Shown: in pieces, positions 7,808 through 15,410 of the stretch | Position numbering within the stretch: position 1 is the first letter of the stretch | Layout: every line of letters begins with the position of its first letter | From: Minisyncoccota bacterium | GTDB lineage: Bacteria > Patescibacteriota > Minisyncoccia > Phycocordibacterales > UBA12079 | Assembly: GCA_023140255.1 (NCBI GenBank) | Contig: JAGLLX010000002.1 | Coordinates: 1-36,588, forward strand | Reading direction: 5' to 3' | Length of the DNA: 36,588 nt | Made by a program: the position numbers and the translations under genes | The notes under the pieces: model-generated | Seen by the model: the letters and a program-made list of their open reading frames with translations, nothing else | Told to the model about the DNA's origin: nothing | Databases searched by the model: none

Positions 7808-8056
7808 ATGAAAACAAAGAGATTTATAAATCCTGCAAGAGGTGATCGGCTAGCTGCTCTTAAAAGTATTGGGAAATTAGAGTGGCTTAATATTAATGTT
7901 CCATGTGAAAATTGTGGGCAAAATGCTCACCCATATCGTATCTGGGGATCTGATGGTTTGTGGGAGGATTGTTGTTATTGTTCCCATTGTCATTTTGATA
8001 CTTGGGAAGAAAAAAATTGGGTGTTGAATCAGTCTTTAGCCAACTTACGAAAATGA
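7808..8056 (+). CDS. Small Cys-rich putative zinc-ribbon protein
   Basis: CENC...CCYCSHC; SD GGGAGGGG; upstream TTGCAT-N17-TAATGT-like promoter. Confidence 0.6.
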   Translation: MKTKRFINPARGDRLAALKSIGKLEWLNINVPCENCGQNAHPYRIWGSDGLWEDCCYCSHCHFDTWEEKNWVLNQSLANLRK

Positions 8057-8076
8057 ATCAATTCGTTTTTTAAAAT

Positions 8077-10254
8077 TTATTCCAAATGAATAAGTTTCTC
8101 TAATTCGGAAATTTTTTCTAAAATAAGAGGGTGGTTTTGAAGTTCAGAATCACCCTCTATTATTTTTTTAGCTTCTGTTTGGGCTGCTTCTACTAATTTA
8201 ATATTTTTGATAGCTTCCATTGCTAAGTCAGACATTCCCCATTGTTTATTCCCAATCAATTCTCCAGAGCCTCTTAGTTTTAAATCAAATTCAGCTAATT
8301 CAAATCCGTTTTTTGCGGTTTTTAAGGCTTCTAATCTTTTTAAAGTTTTTTCGGTTTTTGTATCACTAAAAACAAAACAATAAGCTTGGTGGTTAGATCT
8401 GATAACTCTTCCACGAAGTTGGTGAAGTTGAGCTAGACCAAATCTTTCAGCTCCTTCTAAAATAATCATTGTCGCATTTTCAACATTCACCCCAACTTCA
8501 ACAACAGAAGTAGCAACGAGAATAGCGGTTTTACCAGAAGAAAAATCGTTCATAATTTCTTCTTTTTCAGAAGCTTTCATTTTGCTATGTAAAATTCCAA
8601 TTTCATATTCAGGGAAAACTTCTGTTTTAAGTCGTTGGGCTTCTGCAGTAACAGATTTTACTCGTAAAGCTCCTGCTTTATTAGGGTCAGGTTCTTCAAT
8701 ACGAGGGCAAATTACATATAATTGTCTTCCTTCTTCTAACTTTTCTTTTATTTTTTCATAAGTGCTATCTCTTTGCTGAGGAGTAACAATTTCAGTAATA
8801 ATTGGCTTTCTTCCATGAGGCATTTGGTCTAATAAAGTTAAATCAAGGTCTCCATAAATACTTAATGCAAGAGTTCTAGGAATAGGGGTAGCAGTCATAG
8901 AGAGTAGATGAGGAATTAACTCTTTGGTTTTAGAATTAGCCCTATTTTTTTTACTTAATTTTTGTCTTTGTAATATACCGAATTTGTGTTGTTCATCAAT
9001 AATAATATAAGCAAGGTTTTTAAATTCTACTGATTTTTGAATTAAGGAATGTGTTCCAATTAAAATTGGAATTTCTCCGTTGGCTACCCATTTTAAGAGT
9101 TGGGCTTTAGAGATTTTTGTCCATTCAGTGGGATTTACTTTTGACGGAAACTTAAAACAACCAGAAGAAGTAATCAAACCAATATTGATATTTAGATATT
9201 CAAAAAATTTAATAAAAGATTCAAAATGTTGTTTTGCTAAAATTTCAGTTGGTACCATATAAGCTGTTTGTAGATGAGCTGATGGTTGGTTTTTAGGGGA
9301 AGTGGTAGTAATAGCATAAATAGTGGCTGCAGCCACAGCAGTTTTTCCAGAACCAACATCTCCTTCTAATAAACGATTCATTGCATAGTCTTTTTTAAAG
9401 TCTTCTAGAATGGTTTTGATTGAACTTAGTTGAGATTCTGTTGCTTTGAAGGGAAATTTTTTGATAAAGTCGTTTAACTCTTTTTGGGTCTTAGATATTT
9501 TGAAGGAGGGGTTTTTTTGATACTCGGTTTTTTGCTTGGCTCTTAGAAGAGAAATAAAAAATATTTCTTCAAAAGCAAATCTTTTTTTTGAGGCTTGGGC
9601 GTCTGATTTTTTCTGAGGAGTATGAATCCAGATTAAAGCTGTTTTTAAAGTAGGAAGATTATATTTTTTTAAAATTTCTTTAGAAATAGGGTCTGAAATT
9701 TTATCTAAGATTCCTTCTGAAAATATTTTTTCAATTTTGTGATAGATCCATTTTGAATTTAGTCCGCGAGTTTCAGAGTAGACAGGAAAAATAAAGGAGT
9801 CAGAATCTTTTTCTTGAAATAAAGTTTCTTCAGATATAATAGGAAGAGAAGAAACATTTTGATATTCTGGATTAGCTAAATATAATTTTCCGTTTCTTTC
9901 TGAAATAGTTCCTGTAAATTTAGCATAAGATCCTTCAGCTAACATTTTTGAGATATAAGCTTGGCGAAACCAAATAGCTTTAATTACTCCACTAGCGTCT
10001 TCAAGAGTAGCTTCAGTCATTGGAATTTTTTTATAATAAGCTTTTGTGGCTTTTATTTTTTTAACTTGAGCGTAAATAATTATTTTGTCTCCTTTCTTTA
10101 GATTTTTAATTTCTTTTAAATCTTCAGTGCTTTCATAACGAGAAGGGAAATAAAACAATAAATCTTTAAGAGTATTTAAATCAAGCCTTTTCAATGCTTT
10201 TTTTTGGGCTTCAGTAGTTCTAAATTCTTTTTGTATAAGCGAGTTTAGTTTCAT
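8077..10254 (-). CDS. recG: ATP-dependent DNA helicase RecG
   Basis: GDVGSGKT, DEQH, MTATPIPRTL, QLHQLRGRV, DL.LRG.GE. Confidence 0.98.
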   Translation of the reverse strand: MKLNSLIQKEFRTTEAQKKALKRLDLNTLKDLLFYFPSRYESTEDLKEIKNLKKGDKIIIYAQVKKIKATKAYYKKIPMTEATLEDASGVIKAIWFRQAYISKMLAEGSYAKFTGTISERNGKLYLANPEYQNVSSLPIISEETLFQEKDSDSFIFPVYSETRGLNSKWIYHKIEKIFSEGILDKISDPISKEILKKYNLPTLKTALIWIHTPQKKSDAQASKKRFAFEEIFFISLLRAKQKTEYQKNPSFKISKTQKELNDFIKKFPFKATESQLSSIKTILEDFKKDYAMNRLLEGDVGSGKTAVAAATIYAITTTSPKNQPSAHLQTAYMVPTEILAKQHFESFIKFFEYLNINIGLITSSGCFKFPSKVNPTEWTKISKAQLLKWVANGEIPILIGTHSLIQKSVEFKNLAYIIIDEQHKFGILQRQKLSKKNRANSKTKELIPHLLSMTATPIPRTLALSIYGDLDLTLLDQMPHGRKPIITEIVTPQQRDSTYEKIKEKLEEGRQLYVICPRIEEPDPNKAGALRVKSVTAEAQRLKTEVFPEYEIGILHSKMKASEKEEIMNDFSSGKTAILVATSVVEVGVNVENATMIILEGAERFGLAQLHQLRGRVIRSNHQAYCFVFSDTKTEKTLKRLEALKTAKNGFELAEFDLKLRGSGELIGNKQWGMSDLAMEAIKNIKLVEAAQTEAKKIIEGDSELQNHPLILEKISELEKLIHLE

Positions 10255-10331
10255 CCCGTTAGAGATAATTTACGAAAAGTAAATAATCTTAATTTAATTA
10301 GTAATTTTAACCCCGCCAAATCTCTAACGGG
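10255..10331. mobile_element. MITE-like element with 12-bp TIRs and AT flanks
   Basis: AT-CCCGTTAGAGAT...ATCTCTAACGGG-AT abutting the recG start codon. Confidence 0.7.
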
Positions 10332-10409
10332 ATCTATTCCTTGTATTTTAGCACATTGCTGTGCTTTTTTATGATATAATCCTTTATTATAGATAATAAA
10401 TAAAATATC

Positions 10410-10964
10410 ATGCAAAAAACATTAAATAATTTAGCTAAAGCCTTTATAGGAGAAAGTCAGGCGAGAAATCGTTATACTTTTTATGCTAAAACAGCTAAAA
10501 AAGAGGGTTACGAACAATTAAGTGAAGTTTTTTTATTAACTGCTGATAATGAAAGAGAACATGCTAAGTGGTTGTTAAGATTAATTAATGAATTAGGTGG
10601 AAAAGATATTATAGTAGAAGCTGAAGTTCCTACTGTATTAGGAAATACTGTTGAAAATTTAAAATCAGCGATTAAAGGAGAAAGTTATGAAAATTTAACA
10701 ATGTATCCTGACTTTGCAACTATTGCTGAAGAAGAAAATTTACCAGAAATTGCAAAAAGATTAAGAGCTATTGCTGTAGCAGAAAAACATCACGAAGAAA
10801 GATTTAAAAAATTTTTGTATAACATAGAAAATAATAAAGTTTTTCAAAAAGATGAAGAAGTAAATTGGGTTTGTAGAAAATGTGGTTATTTACATAAAGG
10901 AACAGAAGCTCCAGAAAAATGCCCTTCATGTGACCACCCACAAAGTTATTTTGAAATGGAATAA
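10410..10964 (+). CDS. rbr: Rubrerythrin
   Basis: AF.GESQARNRY, E..HA, E..HE, C-terminal rubredoxin WVCRKCGY...CPSC. Confidence 0.96.
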   Translation: MQKTLNNLAKAFIGESQARNRYTFYAKTAKKEGYEQLSEVFLLTADNEREHAKWLLRLINELGGKDIIVEAEVPTVLGNTVENLKSAIKGESYENLTMYPDFATIAEEENLPEIAKRLRAIAVAEKHHEERFKKFLYNIENNKVFQKDEEVNWVCRKCGYLHKGTEAPEKCPSCDHPQSYFEME

Positions 10965-11034
10965 TTAACTTATCTAGTTAAGAGAAAATCCTTTGAAATA
11001 TACAAGATAATTATATATTTCTAAATAAAATGAT

Positions 11035-11074
11035 AAAAAGTCAACGGCTCACCTAGGTGAGCCGTTGACTTTTT
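11035..11074. repeat. Perfect 40-bp palindrome (REP-like or bidirectional terminator)
   Basis: AAAAAGTCAACGGCTCACCT|AGGTGAGCCGTTGACTTTTT. Confidence 0.9.
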
Positions 11075-11280
11075 TTGGTATATTGATAAGATAGAGAAAG
11101 ATGTAAGGTGATTATCTTGTAATCCGGTCGTCGTAGTTATTACCATCCATCAATGGTATTTACTACAAAGGAGACATTTTTTATGGGGATCGCTATTTTG
11201 TGCCTTGGGAGACGGGCACGTTAAAATCAGTCTTCACAAAGGACCTTTATATTTTTTTATATTAACAGACTCTTTATCCG

Positions 11281-11320
11281 TCCCCTCGCTTGTTTCTTGA
11301 GCGAGGGGATTTTATTATTT
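11281..11320 (+). terminator. Intrinsic terminator with no annotated upstream gene
   Basis: TCCCCTCGCTT-loop-GAGCGAGGGGA-TTTTATTATTT. Confidence 0.75.
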
Positions 11321-11388
11321 CTTTTTGAAAATTAACCTTTTTCCTTTAAGTAATAATGACTTAATTAAATTTAATTGTAGATATAAAT

Positions 11389-12233
11389 ATTCCATTTAAA
11401 TGGAATGTAAACAGCTTAGTTTTTACAAATGCAAATAATAAGATCATTTTTTAATGAGATTTAAATAGCTATTTAAAGATATTAACTTATATTAGTCCAT
11501 TTAAATGGAATAATTATGTTATAATAATAGAAAAGAAGGTGTTTAATATATTTAAATAAAATAATATGGTTAGAGTGTCAAAACAAAAAATCGATAAAAA
11601 AGTTTTAAATCAAATTAATAATAGGTTAGTTGATGTTATTTCTAAATTGGAAACTAACATTTCTATAGCAAATTTTTTAAATGATCTATTAACTGAATCT
11701 GAAAAAATTGTTTTAGCGAAAAGACTTGCTATTATTTTTATGCTTCAAGAAAATATAAGTTGGTATAAAATATCTGTTTTGTTAAAAGTAAGTCCAACTA
11801 CTGTTAAAAAAGTAGTAATTGATATTGATTTAGAAGAATATGAAAATATCTTAAAAATTGTTAAACAAAGAAAAAATAGAATTACTTTTTGGGCTGGAAT
11901 GGACTTAACTTTAAGAATAGGAATACCTTCACTAGTAGGAGCAGGTCAATGGAATCTTTTAGATGAGATATATGAAAAATATCAAATTAAAAAGAACACT
12001 AAAAAGGAATAGTAAGGAAGAAAGTTTAAACATACCCTCTACTATTTCATTTAAATGGAATAGTAGAGAATTAAGTATAGACAAAGACAAATATAAAAAA
12101 GTTGCTGAAGGATTTGAGAATGAAAATAATTAGTTATTAGTTAAAGGAGTTGTGGCTAAAGAAAAGGAGTTTTAGTAGATGTAAGAAGTTTAAGATAATA
12201 ATCTTCTTACTATTCCATTTAAATGGAATAGTA
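11389..12233. repeat. Four TCCATTTAAATGGA palindromes flanking the TrpR-like gene
   Basis: Copies at 11389-11406, 11496-11510, 12037-12068 and 12208-12233. Confidence 0.92.
11566..12012 (+). CDS. TrpR/YerC-like helix-turn-helix protein
   Basis: FL.DLLT.SE..VLAKRLAI..ML....S...IS..LKVSPTTV; extended -10 TGTTATAAT at 11517-11525. Confidence 0.85.
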   Translation: MVRVSKQKIDKKVLNQINNRLVDVISKLETNISIANFLNDLLTESEKIVLAKRLAIIFMLQENISWYKISVLLKVSPTTVKKVVIDIDLEEYENILKIVKQRKNRITFWAGMDLTLRIGIPSLVGAGQWNLLDEIYEKYQIKKNTKKE

Positions 12234-12293
12234 GAGGGTGTATTTTTATAGATTAAAGTATAAAAATGTGTTATTTTATATTAAATATAACAT

Positions 12294-12308
12294 GGAGAGC
12301 TGGCTGAG
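12294..12308 (+). pseudogene. 5' fragment of tRNA-Ser ending in the D-loop
   Basis: TTAAATATAA..ATGGAGAGCTGGCTGAG duplicates the leader and 5' end of the tRNA at 12380; followed by a hairpin. Confidence 0.75.
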
Positions 12309-12379
12309 GGTGGACGACGAATGTTCAAACACATTCATTTCCATCTAATGATGGATTAAAAATTAAATATAATATATAT

Positions 12380-12466
12380 GGAGAGTTGGCTGAGCGGTTT
12401 AAAGCGCATCCCTGCTAAGGATGTGGGGAGGAAACTCCCTCGAGGGTTCGAATCCCTCACTCTCCG
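12380..12466 (+). tRNA. tRNA-Ser(GCU)
   Basis: GGAGAGT/ACTCTCC acceptor, CATCC-CTGCTAA-GGATG anticodon arm, long variable arm GGGAG-GAAA-CTCCC, G73. Confidence 0.96.
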
Positions 12467-12519
12467 CAGTGAATACTTGTTATCGGCAGACCTTGGTGCC
12501 TTAATAGACAAGTATAAAT

Positions 12520-12545
12520 AAAAAACACCCTTGCGGGTGTTTTTT
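12520..12545. terminator. Bidirectional terminator
   Basis: AAAAAACACCC-TTGC-GGGTGTTTTTT between convergent units. Confidence 0.85.
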
Positions 12546-12549
12546 GCAT

Positions 12550-12717
12550 CTATTTACTCCAATGCCCGAGTACCCATTCCCATTGTTTACGACTATAATC
12601 GTAACGCCAATGAGCTCTAACCCATTTAGTTTTTCCTATTGGGCGTATAGTTCGCATATTTTGCATTTTATCTATTGGCTTTATAGGTCTAATGGGTTTT
12701 ATTTTTCTTATCACCAT
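12550..12717 (-). CDS. Small basic Trp-rich protein (55 aa; WxxxHW motifs)
   Basis: Likely start MVIRKIKPIRP 4 nt after the DUF3892 stop; WVRAHW and WEWVLGHW resemble WXXGXW repeats. Confidence 0.6.
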   Translation of the reverse strand: MVIRKIKPIRPIKPIDKMQNMRTIRPIGKTKWVRAHWRYDYSRKQWEWVLGHWSK

Positions 12718-12721
12718 AATA

Positions 12722-12994
12722 TTAACATTGAGGTAGAGATAAAAGATTATCTCGAGTTTCACCGTCAGCATCTGGTGCTGTTTTGATGTATGGGTTACCA
12801 AATGTTGGGCGTACCACATTTACATCAGAATATTCTCCTTGTTCCGAAACATAAAAAGAAGCTGATCCATTTTCAATTAAACGAATAACCTCTTCTCTTG
12901 TATGTATTACTCCGCTGTATTTAACATGAGTAATGTGTTGTAGAGAACTATAAGTATCAGGTTTCCTGATATGTGTAATTCTATATTCATTCAT
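12722..12994 (-). CDS. DUF3892 family protein
   Basis: Y.IT.IRK, HITHV, REEVI..IE.G...FYV, YI.T.PD....DNLL.LP.C. Confidence 0.88.
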   Translation of the reverse strand: MNEYRITHIRKPDTYSSLQHITHVKYSGVIHTREEVIRLIENGSASFYVSEQGEYSDVNVVRPTFGNPYIKTAPDADGETRDNLLSLPQC

Positions 12995-13179
12995 AATAGA
13001 AATTTCTTAGTGTGGTACTTAATAATATTCCAACTATTATGTATAATATATACAGTAGTGGTTGCACACCCTACTTACTTCGGAAAAAGTACCACCCTTT
13101 TCTAAAAGAGTAGGTACGCGGGCGACAATCTTTTTATTTTAGAATGGGGATTGTCGTTTTGCGTTATGTTGCTCTATAC

Positions 13180-13270
13180 ATTATACTCGTTTTAATATAA
13201 GTGTCAAACTTTTGACTGTCAAATTATGTAAATATATTTATTGACACCTGATTCTAACTCGTGTAATATA
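13180..13270. promoter_or_regulatory. Divergent promoters with TGTCAA/TTGAC inverted repeats (candidate operators)
   Basis: Leftward TTGACA(13207-13202)-N16-TATAAT(13185-13180); rightward TTGACA 13241-13246; IR GTCAAA-CT-TTTGAC 13203-13216. Confidence 0.65.
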
Positions 13271-13282
13271 TAATATAATAAT

Positions 13283-13933
13283 ATGCATCAGATACAAAAA
13301 AAACTTACTAAGCTGTCACAAACTCACGATTTAAGATCTTTGGGGCTTCGCCAGATAGCTAGAATGATAGGAGAAAATCATCCTCAGAAAATTAAGTACC
13401 ATATGCAGAAGATGGGGATTTTAGAGGAACAATCTAAGTCAAAGATTAATATGAGTGATTCCCAACTGATCCCTATTCCTCTTGTAGGTTTGGCTAATTG
13501 TGGAGAAGCTACTATATATGCAGAATCTTACGATGATCAATTATTACAAGTATCCAAAAGAGTTATCCCTTCAAAAAACAAAGATTTATTTGCTGTGCAA
13601 GCAGTTGGGGATTCTATGAACCAAGCCAATGTAGATGGAAATAATATTGAAGATGGTGATTATGTGATAGTTGATCCTAATGATAAAGATTTTAAGAATG
13701 GAGACTATGTACTTTCATTAATTAACGAAATGGCTAATATAAAAAAGTTTTCAAAAGATATCCAAAACAAACAAGTAATTCTACTTTCAGAATCAACTGA
13801 AAATTACCCACCAATTTATATTCACGAAGATGACTTGTCATATTTTATGGCAAGCGGAAAGGTTGTTGCTATTTTAAAATCTCCAAAGAAAAATAAAAAA
13901 GAGATCGTTTTTGTTAAAGATGATAAAAAATAA
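13283..13933 (+). CDS. LexA/UmuD-like S24 peptidase transcriptional repressor
   Basis: N-terminal HTH, IPLVG.ANCG cleavage site, VGDSM Ser, IKKF Lys. Confidence 0.9.
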   Translation: MHQIQKKLTKLSQTHDLRSLGLRQIARMIGENHPQKIKYHMQKMGILEEQSKSKINMSDSQLIPIPLVGLANCGEATIYAESYDDQLLQVSKRVIPSKNKDLFAVQAVGDSMNQANVDGNNIEDGDYVIVDPNDKDFKNGDYVLSLINEMANIKKFSKDIQNKQVILLSESTENYPPIYIHEDDLSYFMASGKVVAILKSPKKNKKEIVFVKDDKK

Positions 13934-13934
13934 T

Positions 13935-15257
13935 TTATTTTATCTCAACAACTTTTTTAGTTATAACAATCTTAGATTTAAAGCATCCCATTAATTCTCT
14001 TTTTTCTTCATTAGTTCCATCTTTAAGAATATATTTAGAGTAGGTTTTTAAATCTATGTCTTTATGTTTTGTATTTTTGTTTTGGATTCCTAAAACTCCA
14101 CGATTAAATTTGTTAAATCTTTTTAATTCTTTTTCAAACTTTATTTGTACACCAGTATTATTTAAATCTATTGAATCAAGAATCTTTACTAATTGATTGG
14201 TTAGTTCTTCTTCTCTAATGTATGGATTTTTACAACAACGATCTTTTGATCTTCCACATCCATAATAAATATATCTTGCTGAAGTTCCATCCTTAAGTTG
14301 CTTATACTTTTCCTCTGCTGAAATTCCAGAGCCACACAATCCACAAACCATTAATTTAGTGAAAGCAAATTCTTTGCTTTGTCTGACTATATTATCTCGT
14401 TTAAGTTGTATTTGAACTTTATCGAAGATTTCTTTTGTAACTATTGGCTCATGTTTTCCTTTATACCAATTACCTGACCCTCTAGGATATTCAAAAGTTC
14501 CGTAATAAAAAGAGTTTTGTAATAAACGATAGATATTACTAAGTGCGAGATTATGGTTACCAACTGATTTAAAATTTAATTCAAATTTAAGCCATTGATG
14601 TATTTTTCTACCCGACCATTTTTCATAAGCCATCTTTTCAAATATCTTTTTGATAATCGGAGAACGATCTGAATCAATGATAACTTGGCACTTCTTGTCC
14701 ATTTCTTTTTGATTAAGATAACCAACAGGAGCAACTCCAGGCCATAATCCCATCTCACATCTTGTCCTTAATCCTCGTTTTACATTTATGCCTCTGTTAT
14801 CATTTTCCAGTTTTGCTTGCGAACCTAAAATCATTAATAAGAACTTTTCATTTGGGTTGTTACCAAATTGTTGTCCAAATGTTCTAATATCTAAAAGATG
14901 ACCTGAATCCATTAAGTCTACTACCTTTCCAAGATCACCTGCATTTCTAGAGATACGATCAGGAGCCCAAGTTAATATCCCATTATACTTGCCTTGTTTA
15001 ATTTCTTCTATAATTTCGTTAAAAATAGGTCTTTGTCCTGTTTCTTTAGCTGAATGACTTTCTTTTTTCATAGAGACTACTTCAAGTCCCTCTCTGTCAG
15101 CTAATAGAAGCATTTCTTTAATCTGTGAATCTATTGAAAGTATCTGTCTTTCTTCAGATTCTGTTGATTTACGAGCATAAAGACAGTACTTCACTTTAAC
15201 CGCAGGTATAACAATTTTCTCATTCAAAGTTGTTTTTATAGGGCTTTCTATCTGCAT
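13935..15257 (-). CDS. Large serine recombinase
   Basis: YARKS catalytic Ser, DRISRN, recombinase domain (AP.GY, G.HEPI), zinc ribbon CGLCG...YYGC. Confidence 0.95.
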   Translation of the reverse strand: MQIESPIKTTLNEKIVIPAVKVKYCLYARKSTESEERQILSIDSQIKEMLLLADREGLEVVSMKKESHSAKETGQRPIFNEIIEEIKQGKYNGILTWAPDRISRNAGDLGKVVDLMDSGHLLDIRTFGQQFGNNPNEKFLLMILGSQAKLENDNRGINVKRGLRTRCEMGLWPGVAPVGYLNQKEMDKKCQVIIDSDRSPIIKKIFEKMAYEKWSGRKIHQWLKFELNFKSVGNHNLALSNIYRLLQNSFYYGTFEYPRGSGNWYKGKHEPIVTKEIFDKVQIQLKRDNIVRQSKEFAFTKLMVCGLCGSGISAEEKYKQLKDGTSARYIYYGCGRSKDRCCKNPYIREEELTNQLVKILDSIDLNNTGVQIKFEKELKRFNKFNRGVLGIQNKNTKHKDIDLKTYSKYILKDGTNEEKRELMGCFKSKIVITKKVVEIK

Positions 15258-15368
15258 ACTTACATACTATCGCTATGGTTTTAAAAGTCTAGGTTATTTG
15301 TTGGTAACTAAATTACCCTTATTTTTCAATGTGAGTTAAGATGTTAAGTTATGATAACCTATGAAGGC

Positions 15369-15397
15369 TTGACTTTGTATTTACGACGCGATAGAAT
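15369..15397 (+). promoter_or_regulatory. Sigma70 promoter of the hsd operon
   Basis: TTGACT-N17-TAGAAT just before ATG 15411. Confidence 0.75.
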
Positions 15398-15410
15398 ACT
15401 TATTAATATT

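Noticed and set aside
11389-12233. Palindromic repeats as a CRISPR array
   Set aside because: Irregular spacing, a gene between copies, and no cas genes
12544-12819. ORF 12544-12786(+) and the upstream extension of 12550-12819(-)
   Set aside because: Antisense shadow and overlap with DUF3892; ATG 12717 fits the operon
15351-15410. Longer hsdM start at 15351
   Set aside because: Overlaps a good TTGACT-N17-TAGAAT promoter; ATG 15411 preferred
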